In this document: positions 49,986 to 60,240 of the stretch, one piece after another
How the letters are laid out: every line of letters begins with the position of its first letter
Position numbering within the stretch: the first letter of the stretch is position 1
Source: Comamonas sp. lk
GTDB lineage: Bacteria > Pseudomonadota > Gammaproteobacteria > Burkholderiales > Burkholderiaceae_C
Length of the DNA: 64,000 nucleotides
Assembly (NCBI GenBank): GCA_945869165.1
Contig: CAMBNY010000005.1
Span: forward strand, 2,012-66,011
Direction: 5' to 3'
The notes under the pieces: model-generated
What the model was told of the DNA's origin: nothing
Seen by the model: the letters and a program-made list of their open reading frames with translations, nothing else
Databases searched by the model: none
Made by a program: the position numbers and the translations under genes

Positions 49986-51140
49986 TTAAATATTGCGTGG
50001 TAGCCGCTGGAATAGCCCACCGGGCAAGCGTGCGACCTGGCCTTGCAGTTCCAGTGCCATGAGTCGCGCTTGCAGTTGCCCGGTATCCCAACCCGTTCGG
50101 ACCTGCAGCACTTCCAAGCTGGCAGGGTCATAACCCAGCGCATCGGCCAGTACGTTATCCGTCGCGTCACCTTCCGAGACAAGGTCTTTAGGGGCCCGGT
50201 GCGCATCGGTGGCTGGTCCACTAGGTACTGGGCTGTAATCCAGGCCCATGGCATCAAAGATGTCCTCTACGCTTTCGACCAACTGCGCGCCTTGTTTAAT
50301 CAGGGCGTGGCAGCCGCGCGATTGCGTGCTGTGAATGGAGCCGGGTATCGCAAACACTTCTTTGCCCTGATCCAGCGCCTGCTGTGCGGTGATCAGCGAG
50401 CCCGATTGCAAAGCAGCTTCAATGACGAGCGTACCGCGCGACAGTCCTGCAATCAGGCGGTTGCGTCGTGGAAAATGCGCGGCCAGCGGCGCTGTGCCTA
50501 ATGGATATTCGCTGAGCACCAGGCCGCGCTCGGCGAGCGTGCCAGCCAGATGGAGATGCTGCGTGGGATAGGCCCGGTCCAGGCCGGTGCCGACCACCGC
50601 TACGGTGGGTAATTCACTTTCGCTGCTTTCCAATGCTCCGCGATGGGCTGCCGCATCAATACCTAGCGCCATGCCCGATACCACGGTGAAGCTCGCCTGT
50701 GCCAGTGCTTTGCCAAAGGCCCGGGAGTTTTCCAGGCCCTGGCGGGTGGGGTTTCGGCTGCCCACGATAGCAATGCTGCGCGCGCCATCCAGGTGGGCCA
50801 AAGCCTTTTCGCTTCCCGCCGCATAGAGCACCAAGGGCGGGTCGTCAATCTCCAGCAGAGCGCGGGGGTACCTTGGGTCGCCCAGCACCAGCATATGGTG
50901 TTGGGGCTCTTCACTTTGCAGCCATTGCTTTGTCAAGCGGCTTACGGCTTTAAACGCGGGCGGTAGCTGCAGCAAGGCCTGCGCTTGCTTGGCCTGCACC
51001 ACCGTGCTCAAGGCCGTTACCGATTGGGTAAAAATCGTGGCCGGATCGCCAAAAGCGCGCAACAAATTGCGCCCGCTAACGCTGCCAATGCCCGGCGTCA
51101 TTTGCAGCCGCAGCCACCCTGCCCAGTTTGCGTCATCCAT
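49986..51140 (-). CDS. dprA: DNA-processing protein DprA
   Basis: YPRALLEIDDPP, AIVGSRN, VSGMALGIDAAAH, FPRRNRLIAG, EAALQSGSLITA, LELQG winged-helix tail. Confidence 0.96.
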   Translation of the reverse strand: MDDANWAGWLRLQMTPGIGSVSGRNLLRAFGDPATIFTQSVTALSTVVQAKQAQALLQLPPAFKAVSRLTKQWLQSEEPQHHMLVLGDPRYPRALLEIDDPPLVLYAAGSEKALAHLDGARSIAIVGSRNPTRQGLENSRAFGKALAQASFTVVSGMALGIDAAAHRGALESSESELPTVAVVGTGLDRAYPTQHLHLAGTLAERGLVLSEYPLGTAPLAAHFPRRNRLIAGLSRGTLVIEAALQSGSLITAQQALDQGKEVFAIPGSIHSTQSRGCHALIKQGAQLVESVEDIFDAMGLDYSPVPSGPATDAHRAPKDLVSEGDATDNVLADALGYDPASLEVLQVRTGWDTGQLQARLMALELQGQVARLPGGLFQRLPRNI

Positions 51141-51175
51141 GGCCGTCTTCTTTAGTCCGCGTTCTTCTGCGTCAT

Positions 51176-52102
51176 TCAGAGGCCATTGAGGCTGTCGCCG
51201 ACTTGCACCGCTTGGGTCGTCTCTCCGATTAATGCGTAGGCGAGCTTCTCAAAGGTCAAAAAAACCATGGCCTGCCCGGCCAACTCCGGCGTCGTATGCA
51301 TGATGGGACGTTGAGGATCGGTAAGGTCGCTGGTCAAACGTGCTGCTTTGCGAATCGCCATGATGTGGCCGGGCTCTAAACCCTGGGTGCGGCCTTGGTT
51401 TAGCACCACAATTTGATTTTGCGCGGCGCTTGCAACGCCATTGCCATAGATGGAGATGATTCGTGCCGACAGTTGCGCAGGCGCCGGGTGCGGCGACAGT
51501 TCACGCCAGCCATTGTCCGGGCTTGAAAACAGCCTGTCGCCAGGCCTAATCTCAGAGATCGCGTACACCACTTCCAAAGTAGCCGGGTAGATCATTTCTT
51601 CGATTTTTTTATCTTTCTCAATTTTCTCTACCCGCTCACTTTGCAGCAGGCGTGCGCGGCCGACAAACTGCGCCTCCATACCCAGCACTGCGCCACTTAC
51701 GGGGTCTTTAAGCGGTGTCGGATCGCGGTAGATGTTCCAGGCATTTGGCATATTTGCCTGGATGACAAAGGCCTGGCCCGACACGCTGCGCGCATAGATC
51801 CGATCGCCTTGGGTGATTAAGCTTCTTTGGTCCACGCTGGCAATGATGCGTGGCAGGTACTGGTAGAGGTCGGCTTCAAAAATGCGCGGCGCAGCCAAAA
51901 ACGGTTCTATGACTTTGCGCTCCAAAGAACGTATCTGCACCGGCGGCAAGGGTTGGCTGCGCACCTGTGGCTGTAAACGTACCAAGGCTGCTTCGCTTGC
52001 GGCAGCCATACCAACCTGCGCGCAGGCAGGCGGTGCTAACGTAAGCGCTGTCGAGCAAATCAGGCCCCATACGGTGATTGGCCATGCCATGCACCATTTC
52101 AT
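51176..52102 (-). CDS. TsaP-like periplasmic protein apparently lacking the LysM domain
   Basis: Position between def and dprA; VRLQPQVRS, IEPFL, GDRIYAR, LKDPVSGAVLGMEA.FVG, GLEPGH, FLTFEKLAYALI. Confidence 0.75.
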   Translation of the reverse strand: MKWCMAWPITVWGLICSTALTLAPPACAQVGMAAASEAALVRLQPQVRSQPLPPVQIRSLERKVIEPFLAAPRIFEADLYQYLPRIIASVDQRSLITQGDRIYARSVSGQAFVIQANMPNAWNIYRDPTPLKDPVSGAVLGMEAQFVGRARLLQSERVEKIEKDKKIEEMIYPATLEVVYAISEIRPGDRLFSSPDNGWRELSPHPAPAQLSARIISIYGNGVASAAQNQIVVLNQGRTQGLEPGHIMAIRKAARLTSDLTDPQRPIMHTTPELAGQAMVFLTFEKLAYALIGETTQAVQVGDSLNGL

Positions 52103-52253
52103 AAAAACACCTCCTTGAGCGTTTTAATTTTTATTAATTTGGTAATTATTATCTATTTTCAGCACAAATTCCGCCTTAAAAATTAAAAAATTGCCCTTAA
52201 AGCGATCCAAGAGCCTGAAAAAGCGAAAATACGGCCCTTCTTTAATTGTTCCC

Positions 52254-52763
52254 ATGGCATTACTTCCTATTCTTTGCTACCCCGATGCACGATTGCATAC
52301 CGTGGCCAAGGCCGTCCCCGAGGTGGACAGCCGTATTCGCCAATTGGCCAAGGACATGCTAGAGACCATGTACGAGGCCAGCGGCATCGGTTTGGCGGCG
52401 ACCCAGATTGATGTGCACCAACGCGTGATCGTGGCCGATGTATCGCAAGAGCATGACCAGCCCTTGGTATTGATCAATCCCGAATTGGTATGGACCAGCC
52501 CTGGCACCCATATGAACGAGGAGGGCTGTCTGTCGGTGCCCGGTATTTACGACGGGGTTGAGCGTTTTGACGCCGTCCACGTGCGTGCACTCGATGCGCA
52601 GGGCGCCAGTCGGGTGATTGAAGCGACCGGCTTGCTATCGGTATGTATCCAGCACGAGATGGACCATTTGTTGGGCAAAGTGTTTGTCGAATACCTGTCC
52701 CCCCTCAAGCGCAATCGCATCAAGACCAAAATGCTCAAAGCCCGGCGTGAGGATGCGCGTTGA
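52254..52763 (+). CDS. def: peptide deformylase
   Basis: [22 protein letters not shown]. Confidence 0.97.
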   Translation: MALLPILCYPDARLHTVAKAVPEVDSRIRQLAKDMLETMYEASGIGLAATQIDVHQRVIVADVSQEHDQPLVLINPELVWTSPGTHMNEEGCLSVPGIYDGVERFDAVHVRALDAQGASRVIEATGLLSVCIQHEMDHLLGKVFVEYLSPLKRNRIKTKMLKARREDAR

Positions 52764-53860
52764 GGCTGGTATTTGCCGGGACCCCGGAATTTGCCCGCAT
52801 GGCGCTCGCGCATTTGCATGCGGCGGGCCATGACATCGCCTTGGTGCTCACCCAGCCGGACCGCCCGGCCGGGCGCGGTATGAAATTGCAGCCCTCGGCG
52901 GTCAAGCAATTTGCACAAGAGCACCAATTAGCGGTGGCGCAACCTACCAGCTTGCGTTTGGATGGCAAATTCGCGTCGGAGGCGCAGACCGCGCAAGCCC
53001 TTATGAGCCAGGCCCGAGCCCAGGCCATGGTGGTGGTGGCCTACGGACTGCTTTTGCCGCAATGGGTGTTGGACGCCATGGCCGGGCCGGGCAAGTACGG
53101 TTGCTTCAACATCCACGCCTCGCTGCTTCCGCGCTGGCGCGGTGCAGCGCCCATCCACCGCGCCATCGAAGCCGGTGATACGGAGTCCGGAGTCACCATC
53201 ATGCAAATGGATGCCGGCCTGGATACCGGGCCTATGCTTTTACAAGAGCGCATGGCAATTGCGCCCGATGCCAGTACCGCTACGCTGCATGATGCATTGG
53301 CCAGTATGGGCGCGCGCTTGATGGTGCAAACCTTGGAGAACCCGGCGGCATGGCGCGCCCTCGCGCAAAGTAACGAAGGCGTTTGCTACGCGCACAAAAT
53401 TGATAAGACCGAAGCGCAGATCGATTGGCGGCAGAGCGCCGCGCACATTGCGCGCAAAGTACGCGCCTTCGACCCCTTCCCCGGGGCCAGTGCCCACTTG
53501 GGTGGCGAAATGCTGAAAATCTGGGGTGCCCAGGTAGTTGCACCAAGCGAAATGGCGAGCATCGCTAATGAAACGCTGGCCCTGGGCGCCGCAAAAGCGG
53601 TAAATCAGTCAGAAGTGGTCCTGATTTCGGCGGGCGTAGCGCACACCAACATCGGCGCAGACCCGTCAATTCGCCCCGGTCAGATACTTGCCAGCGGCCC
53701 ACACGGCCTGCGCGTGGCAGCGGGTCATGGCAGTTGCTTGTGCATCACCCACCTGCAGCGCCCGGGTGGCAAGCGCCTGGCGGTGGCGGACTTTCTCCAA
53801 GGGCACCCCGTAGCGCCCGGTCTTTGTTTTGACGGCCCAGCGGCGCTACGCACGGCTTGA
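52760..53860 (+). CDS. fmt: methionyl-tRNA formyltransferase
   Basis: [49 protein letters not shown]; TTG start. Confidence 0.96.
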   Translation: MRLVFAGTPEFARMALAHLHAAGHDIALVLTQPDRPAGRGMKLQPSAVKQFAQEHQLAVAQPTSLRLDGKFASEAQTAQALMSQARAQAMVVVAYGLLLPQWVLDAMAGPGKYGCFNIHASLLPRWRGAAPIHRAIEAGDTESGVTIMQMDAGLDTGPMLLQERMAIAPDASTATLHDALASMGARLMVQTLENPAAWRALAQSNEGVCYAHKIDKTEAQIDWRQSAAHIARKVRAFDPFPGASAHLGGEMLKIWGAQVVAPSEMASIANETLALGAAKAVNQSEVVLISAGVAHTNIGADPSIRPGQILASGPHGLRVAAGHGSCLCITHLQRPGGKRLAVADFLQGHPVAPGLCFDGPAALRTA

Positions 53861-54591
53861 TGCTATTTTCTCGCTCGCAGCGCCGCAACCCGGCCTATCG
53901 CCAAGGCTTTATGGAAATGCTAACGGTCGCGCCCGGCATCGCCGCTTGGGGTTTGATGACGGGCGTTGCGATGGCCAAGTCGGGTATGAGTACGCCCGAT
54001 GTGCTGGCTATGGCCATATTGGTATTTGCTGGTAGCTCCCAACTAGCGGCCATTCCACTGCTGGCGGCGGGGGCGCCGCTGTGGGTGATTTTGGCGACCG
54101 CTTTTTGTGTGAACCTGCGCTTTGTGGTGTTCAGCGCGCATTTGCGCAACTACTTAATGCACTTACCGCGCATGCAGCGTTTGATGGTGGGATATTTTGT
54201 TGCTGATCTCACCTATTTCTTGTTTACCAAGCGCTACCCGGTGCCGGGCACCACGGATCAGGAGCGCGCCGACCAGATGTCCTACTTGGCAGGCAATGCC
54301 ACGATCAATTGGCTGAGTTGGACTGGCTGTAGCGTCCTAGGCATCGTACTGGCCAATTACATCCCCGCGGCATGGGGCTTGGCATTTGCTGGGGTGCTGG
54401 CCTTGACCGGCATTCTGTGTTCTCTGGCCACCAGCCGGATGCGTGTCTTATCGGCGTTCATGGGCGCAGTGGTAGCCATCATGGCCTACGCCTTGCCGCT
54501 GAAGCTCAATATTCTGGTGGCCATTGGGGTCTCTGTTGTGCTGTGCTTGGTGCTCGAGTCTTACTTGGCGCCTAGCCCGCGCGAGGCTTAG
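53860..54591 (+). CDS. azlC: AzlC-family branched-chain amino acid exporter permease
   Basis: FAGSSQLA, VNLRFVVFS; ATG overlaps the fmt TGA. Confidence 0.88.
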   Translation: MLFSRSQRRNPAYRQGFMEMLTVAPGIAAWGLMTGVAMAKSGMSTPDVLAMAILVFAGSSQLAAIPLLAAGAPLWVILATAFCVNLRFVVFSAHLRNYLMHLPRMQRLMVGYFVADLTYFLFTKRYPVPGTTDQERADQMSYLAGNATINWLSWTGCSVLGIVLANYIPAAWGLAFAGVLALTGILCSLATSRMRVLSAFMGAVVAIMAYALPLKLNILVAIGVSVVLCLVLESYLAPSPREA

Positions 54592-54593
54592 CG

Positions 54594-54977
54594 ATGGAGA
54601 TCCTGGTGACATGGCTCAGCACTTGGGGCTTGAACGACTGGAACCCCTGGACCTTTTTGACGATTATGTTGATGGCCTGCGTGACCGTTATCACGCGTTG
54701 TTTTTTCTTTATTTCCGATACCCCTTGGACTCTGCCTTCCTGGGCGCAGCGCGGCATGCAATATGCGCCCATTGCAGCACTTTCGGCCGTTGTATTGCCA
54801 GAAGTATTGATGACCCAAGGTATCTTTATTCATACCTGGGCAGATGCCCGCATATACGGCGCACTAGCGGGGACAGCTTACTTTTTTTTGCAGCGCGGTA
54901 GCGGCCAAGCGGTGCTCGGCACGATTGTGGCGGGCATGGCGGTCTACATTCCGCTGCATGTCGGTTTGGCATGGTAA
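54594..54977 (+). CDS. azlD: AzlD-family membrane protein
   Basis: TVITR.FF, YAPIAALSAVVLP; follows azlC. Confidence 0.85.
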   Translation: MEILVTWLSTWGLNDWNPWTFLTIMLMACVTVITRCFFFISDTPWTLPSWAQRGMQYAPIAALSAVVLPEVLMTQGIFIHTWADARIYGALAGTAYFFLQRGSGQAVLGTIVAGMAVYIPLHVGLAW

Positions 54978-55080
54978 GTTGGCATGCGGTAGACCAGGCG
55001 TTTTTTGGTTGCCTATGCATACAACTCTTGCCTAGAATCAGCTTGCAGCCCCTATTTTTTAATCTGACATCGAGCAGCCC

Positions 55081-56274
55081 ATGAACGTCATCCGTTTCCA
55101 AGATTTATGCATCCAGGGCAAGGTGGCTGGCAAGCGCGTATTTATCCGGGCCGACTTGAATGTGCCGCAGGATGCCAGCGGCGCTATCACCGAAGACACC
55201 CGCATTCGCGCCAGCATTCCATGCATCCGCATGGCTTTAGAGGCCGGTGCTGCCGTCATGCTGACCTCGCATCTGGGCCGACCCACTGAAGGCCAGCTGC
55301 GTCCTGAAGACTCGCTGGCACCGGTGGCGCAGCGCTTGTCCGAACTGCTGGGCCGCCCGGTTCCTTTGCTGACCGACTGGGTCAAAGGCGTGGCTGTGCG
55401 TCGCGGCGAAGTGGTTTTGCTGGAGAACTGCCGCGTCAATGTGGGCGAAAAGAAAAATGACGAAGGCCTCGCGCGTCAAATGGCACAGCTGTGCGATATT
55501 TTTGTGCATGATGCGTTCGGCACTGCGCACCGCGCAGAGGCCAGCACCTATGGTATTGCCCAGTTCGCCGCTGTGGCCTGTGCCGGTCCCTTGCTGGCCG
55601 CTGAAATGGATGCCATCTCCAAAGCCTTGCTGGCCCCACGCAGGCCGCTGGTCGCCATCGTGGCCGGCTCTAAAGTTTCTACCAAACTCACTATTCTCAA
55701 AAGCCTATCGGCTAATGTGGACCAACTCATTGTCGGCGGCGGCATTGCCAATACTTTTATGCTGGCAGCCGGTTTGAAGATAGGCAAAAGCCTGGCTGAG
55801 CCTGATTTGCTGGACCAGGCGCGCGCCGTGATGAAAGCCATGCGCGCGCGCGGCGCGGCGGTCCCGATTCCTACCGACGTTGTCACTGCGAAAACCTTTT
55901 CCGCCGATGCGCCAGCCACCGTTAAAGCCGCTTCTGATGTGGCTGATGACGACCTGATTCTGGATATCGGCCCGCAAACGGCGAAATTGCTGGCCGAGCA
56001 GCTGATGAATGCGGGCACGATTGTCTGGAACGGCCCGGTGGGCGTGTTCGAATTTGCTGCCTTTGCGCAGGGCACCAAAACGATTGCCCAGGCGATTGCC
56101 GCCTCCAGTGCCTTTAGTATCGCTGGCGGAGGCGATACCTTGGCCGCCATCGCCAAATACGGAATCGAGGCGCAAGTGGGCTATATTTCCACGGGCGGCG
56201 GCGCATTTTTGGAGGTGCTGGAGGGCAAGACCCTACCGGCCTTTGAAATATTGTCACGCCGGGCGGCGGCCTGA
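55081..56274 (+). CDS. pgk: phosphoglycerate kinase
   Basis: [52 protein letters not shown]. Confidence 0.98.
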   Translation: MNVIRFQDLCIQGKVAGKRVFIRADLNVPQDASGAITEDTRIRASIPCIRMALEAGAAVMLTSHLGRPTEGQLRPEDSLAPVAQRLSELLGRPVPLLTDWVKGVAVRRGEVVLLENCRVNVGEKKNDEGLARQMAQLCDIFVHDAFGTAHRAEASTYGIAQFAAVACAGPLLAAEMDAISKALLAPRRPLVAIVAGSKVSTKLTILKSLSANVDQLIVGGGIANTFMLAAGLKIGKSLAEPDLLDQARAVMKAMRARGAAVPIPTDVVTAKTFSADAPATVKAASDVADDDLILDIGPQTAKLLAEQLMNAGTIVWNGPVGVFEFAAFAQGTKTIAQAIAASSAFSIAGGGDTLAAIAKYGIEAQVGYISTGGGAFLEVLEGKTLPAFEILSRRAAA

Positions 56275-56417
56275 TGTGCACCGCTTGCGGGCCTGCCGCG
56301 TTTAATTGATTAGTTTTGCCGAGTATGTATTGCGTCAACCTGCGGTAAGCGTTTTGGCAAGACAATAGTGGGCTGCGCACAATGCGTGGGTGTTTTTTAT
56401 TTTTTTGGGAACTTTAC

Positions 56418-56723
56418 ATGTCAAATCGTCGTGAATTCGTGGTTCAGTTGGGTGTAGGCGCAAGCGCGCTGGTGTCGGGCGCGGTGTTTGCCGCGGCGCC
56501 TATGGTGGCCGAAGCCGATGGCAACGCATCGAGCTTGGGTTACAAGGCTGATGCCACTAAAGTGGACAAAACCAAGTTCCCCAAATATGCCGCCGGTCAA
56601 AAATGCACCAACTGCGCATTGTTCCAAGGCAAAGCCGGCGACGCAGCCGGTGGTTGCCCCTTGTTTGCGGGCAAACAAGTCGCAGGCCCTGGCTGGTGCA
56701 GCGCCTACGCCAAGAAAGCCTAA
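56418..56723 (+). CDS. high-potential iron-sulfur protein (HiPIP), Tat-exported
   Basis: SNRREF Tat motif; LGY, QKCTNCALF, GCPLF.GKQV...GWCSAY (4 Cys). Confidence 0.93.
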   Translation: MSNRREFVVQLGVGASALVSGAVFAAAPMVAEADGNASSLGYKADATKVDKTKFPKYAAGQKCTNCALFQGKAGDAAGGCPLFAGKQVAGPGWCSAYAKKA

Positions 56724-56829
56724 TTCGGTTTTTTGACCCAGACCGGCCCGGGCATGCCCGCTGTGCCAGGTCTGGACGCACAATCGTGCCATGGCGGGCC
56801 CATAAGGCGCCCGCTTTTTAACACCCGCC

Positions 56830-58098
56830 ATGGACTCCAACTTTTCCGCACTCTCCCCGGCATTGCAGGCCGCTGCCCGTGCTTCGGACTTGCTCAGCGC
56901 TACCGAGGTACAGATGCGTAGCATTGCCTCCATATTGCAGGGTCAGGATGTATTCGTCTGTGCACCCACCGGCTCAGGCAAGACGCTGGCCTATGTCCTA
57001 CCCTTGCTCGATAGGGCGGCGCAGGGCGCCCAGCTGAACGCAAAAGGCGCCAAACTAGCCGCCACTGTGGTACTGGTCCCGACGCGCGAGTTGGCCGTGC
57101 AGGTGGGCGAGGTGTTTAAAGGACTAGCCCAGCGCCTGCCCTATGGCGTCAAAGTGACGGTGATTTTTGGTGGCGTGTCCATCCAGCCCCAATTGCGCGG
57201 ACTGCGCGGCGGCACGGATATCGTAGTGGCCACGCCGGGGCGCTTGCTCGATGTGATGGCCCACAATGCGCTGCCTCTGTCCAGCGTACGCAGCTTGGTG
57301 CTGGACGAAGCCGATCGCCTGCTCGATCAAGGCTTTGCCGATGAGGTACAGGCCATTCTCAGCCATATTCCCCTGCCGTGCCAGCGGCTGTTTTTGTCGG
57401 CCACCTTTGCGCCTGCCGTCAGTCGCTGGGCCATGGCTTTGTTGCAGCAGCCGGTGCGCGTGGACTTGCGCCAGGCTGTCGCAGCGCAGGCCGATATCAA
57501 GCAGCGCGCCTTTGCAGTTGATAGCGACAAGCGCACGCGCTTGCTGCGCCATTTGATGGCTGGCGCAGATTGGAGCCGGGTACTGGTTTTCGTGGCCACA
57601 CAGTACGCCGCAGAAATTGTTGCCGACAAATTGCGCAAAGCCGGACTGCGCGCCGAGCCTTTGCATGGTCATCTCAGCCAGGGCAAACGCAGCCAAGTCC
57701 TGGAGGATTTCAAAGCCGCGCGAATCCGTGTGGTCGTGGCCACGGACCTAGCGGCACGCGGCATCGATGTGCTGCAGTTGCCCGCGGTGGTGAACTACGA
57801 CTTGCCCCGCTCCGCCCAGGACTACACCCACCGCATAGGTCGCACCGGCCGCGCCGGTGAAAGCGGGCTGGCCATCAGCTTTGTCAGCCTGGATACGCAG
57901 CCGCATTGGCAACTGATCGTCAAACGCCAGTCCCTGGCCGTCCGCTTGGAGACCGAGCCCGGTTTTGAAGTTACTTCGGCGCCCAAGGCCCCAGCGCCAG
58001 GCGCGCCCGCAGCGCTGGAGCCGCACGGCGGTATCAAAGGCAAGCGTCCGAGCAAAAAAGATAAGTTGCGCGCCGCTGCGCAAGCTGCCTTGCCCTGA
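56830..58098 (+). CDS. DEAD-box RNA helicase (RhlE-like)
   Basis: APTGSGKT, PTRELA, TPGRL, DEAD, SAT, ARGID, HRIGRTGRAG. Confidence 0.94.
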   Translation: MDSNFSALSPALQAAARASDLLSATEVQMRSIASILQGQDVFVCAPTGSGKTLAYVLPLLDRAAQGAQLNAKGAKLAATVVLVPTRELAVQVGEVFKGLAQRLPYGVKVTVIFGGVSIQPQLRGLRGGTDIVVATPGRLLDVMAHNALPLSSVRSLVLDEADRLLDQGFADEVQAILSHIPLPCQRLFLSATFAPAVSRWAMALLQQPVRVDLRQAVAAQADIKQRAFAVDSDKRTRLLRHLMAGADWSRVLVFVATQYAAEIVADKLRKAGLRAEPLHGHLSQGKRSQVLEDFKAARIRVVVATDLAARGIDVLQLPAVVNYDLPRSAQDYTHRIGRTGRAGESGLAISFVSLDTQPHWQLIVKRQSLAVRLETEPGFEVTSAPKAPAPGAPAALEPHGGIKGKRPSKKDKLRAAAQAALP

Positions 58099-58122
58099 AG
58101 CGGTGCCACAAGGCCAGAACGC

Positions 58123-58446
58123 ATGTCTGAAGCTAACCAGCTATTTATCCCGCCCAGTTTTTTGGCCTTGTACTTAGGGCCCGGCGCGCACAAGCCCTCG
58201 GCCTCGCAGGCGCAGATTGCACAGCGCTATGAGTTGTGCGAGGACCTGGCGCAGATGCTCACCGGCACCGCTACGGAGTTGCAACTGCGCAGTGACGCGG
58301 ACAGCGCGCAGGTCTTGCAGCGTTGCCTGGACGGCCTGTGCGGTCCCGATGCGGTGATTGAAGAGGACCAAGCGCGCTGGGTGGTATGCCGCTTGGCCGA
58401 ACTCATGCAATGGCCGGCGCCGGCCTGGCAAATCACGGGGCCCTGA
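58123..58446 (+). CDS. conserved hypothetical protein
   Basis: Co-oriented ORF with plausible folded composition (IPPSFLALY, RYELCEDLAQML, ARWVVCRLAEL..W). Confidence 0.7.
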   Translation: MSEANQLFIPPSFLALYLGPGAHKPSASQAQIAQRYELCEDLAQMLTGTATELQLRSDADSAQVLQRCLDGLCGPDAVIEEDQARWVVCRLAELMQWPAPAWQITGP

Positions 58447-58447
58447 G

Positions 58448-59806
58448 ATGCAAGCCCAAGGCAGCGCGCAAAAAATGCCTGTGGCGCCCCTCGCCAAGCG
58501 GCCTCGAAGGCTGGTGGCCTTGCGCGGCGTGCTACTGTGTGTGCTGCTCGCCGGGCTGCTGCATCTGCTGGTCTTGGGCAATGTTTCGCGCCTGTGGCCC
58601 ATGGTGCCCGGTGATTTGGCGGATGACCAAGCCCCCCCGGCCTTTAGCACGCGCAGCATCCGGATTGAAAACGCAGCCCCCGCAGTCGCCGCTAAGACCG
58701 CGCCTGCACTTGATAAGCCCAAGAACCAGGTGCTTAACAGCCCGCAAGCCGCCGCGCCAGTTGCTCCTACCGCCACATCTGCGCCTGCACCTGATGCTGC
58801 AGAGCCTATGGCGTTTGTTGTCGCGCCGCCCCCAGAGCCTGCGCGACTTGCACCTGTAGCCCTTGCACCTGTACTCGCTGCGGCCCCCGCCCCTGCCAGC
58901 GCCGCCTCTGTACCTCTTGCAGTCGATGCGCCTGTAGCGCAGCACCCGCCCGCCATTTCCCTTACGCCTGTGGCCGCTGCACCTGTTCCTGTTCCTGCAC
59001 CTGTCATAGCTTTAGCCACTGCGCCTATCGCACCGTCGGTCGCTACGCCTACTGCGCCTGCAGCGCAGCAGCCGCCCGCCATTGCCCCAGCGCCATCGCC
59101 CGCTGCACCGGCGGCCTCTTCGGCGCCTGCGGCGGCCGCGCCAGCTGGCGGGCTTGCGGCTTACAACTATCTTTTCCCCGCCTCTACCCGACTGAAATAC
59201 GATGTTGCCGGTATCGTTAAGGGCTTTAAGTACACTGTTGCGGGCGACCTGTTGTGGGTGCATGACGGCAGCAACTACACCGCGCGCCTGGAAATCAGCC
59301 ATTTTTTACTGGGCTCGAAGGTGCAGACCAGCAAAGGCGCCATTACGCCGCGCGGCTTGGAGCCGGTGCGCTTTGGCGAAAAAGTACGTAGTGAAGTGGC
59401 GGCACATTTTGAGCGGGACAAGGGCAAAGTCAGTTTCAGCGCCAACACCCCGGATGTGCCGATCATGCCCCTGGCCCAGGACCAGGTCAGCATCTTTGTG
59501 CAACTAGCGGCCATGTTTGCGGCTGACGGAAAGACCTTTGTTCCGGGTAGCAAACTGGTATTTCAGGTGGTCGGTGCGCGCGGGTCAGAGGACTGGGAAT
59601 TCCGATTGCAAGCGCCTGAACGCTTAAAGATCCAGGGTAAAGATTGGATGGCCTATAAATTGGTACGCGAACACCGGGCCGAGTACGACACCCGCGCCGA
59701 GCTTTGGTTGGCTCCGGAGCTGGAGGGCATGCCCATCCGTATACGCCTGTCCCAAACCAGCGGCGACGAAATCGACATGGTCTGGACGCGCAGTCAAAAG
59801 CCCTGA
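58448..59806 (+). CDS. DUF3108-family protein with N-terminal TM anchor and long Ala/Pro linker
   Basis: TM segment, AP-rich stretch, then beta-rich domain (GDLLW.HDG..Y, GLEPVRF, AQDQVS.FVQL, ELWLAP...MPIRIRL). Confidence 0.8.
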   Translation: MQAQGSAQKMPVAPLAKRPRRLVALRGVLLCVLLAGLLHLLVLGNVSRLWPMVPGDLADDQAPPAFSTRSIRIENAAPAVAAKTAPALDKPKNQVLNSPQAAAPVAPTATSAPAPDAAEPMAFVVAPPPEPARLAPVALAPVLAAAPAPASAASVPLAVDAPVAQHPPAISLTPVAAAPVPVPAPVIALATAPIAPSVATPTAPAAQQPPAIAPAPSPAAPAASSAPAAAAPAGGLAAYNYLFPASTRLKYDVAGIVKGFKYTVAGDLLWVHDGSNYTARLEISHFLLGSKVQTSKGAITPRGLEPVRFGEKVRSEVAAHFERDKGKVSFSANTPDVPIMPLAQDQVSIFVQLAAMFAADGKTFVPGSKLVFQVVGARGSEDWEFRLQAPERLKIQGKDWMAYKLVREHRAEYDTRAELWLAPELEGMPIRIRLSQTSGDEIDMVWTRSQKP

Positions 59807-59879
59807 TAGTGGGCCCGGCTCGGTGGGAAGGGCGTAAATCCTGTTACGCTAAGGCCTTCTTACCCATCGCCGCTTTCGC

Positions 59880-60221
59880 ATGAACACGCTTTACGACTCT
59901 GATAGCTTTACCGTGACCCACATGCTGGCCAACGCACAGGCGCAAAGTGAAAGCAGTCCTGCTTTCCTAGGTCAGGGCAATACCACCCTGAGCGATGTCA
60001 AGACCGACCAATACCCCCAAGGCGTGCCCATGCTGGCGCGCCACGGCTTTGAGATTGTGGACAAACGCTCGGGCAAAGAGGTGTACCTAGATGGCTCCTG
60101 GGCCGAGTTGTTTCAGCAACACATCGTAGCTTGGCAGGTCAATATGCCCACCCAGGAAGAGGTCGAAGAAACCTTGGAGCAGTACGCTGGGCTGGCGCAA
60201 AACCCGGTGGTGATCCACTGA
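59880..60221 (+). CDS. DUF3567 (BTH_I0359-like) protein
   Basis: LYDSDSF, GFEIVDKRSGKEVYLDGSWAELFQ, PTQEEVE. Confidence 0.8.
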   Translation: MNTLYDSDSFTVTHMLANAQAQSESSPAFLGQGNTTLSDVKTDQYPQGVPMLARHGFEIVDKRSGKEVYLDGSWAELFQQHIVAWQVNMPTQEEVEETLEQYAGLAQNPVVIH

Positions 60222-60240
60222 GTAGCTGATTGGGCCCCGC

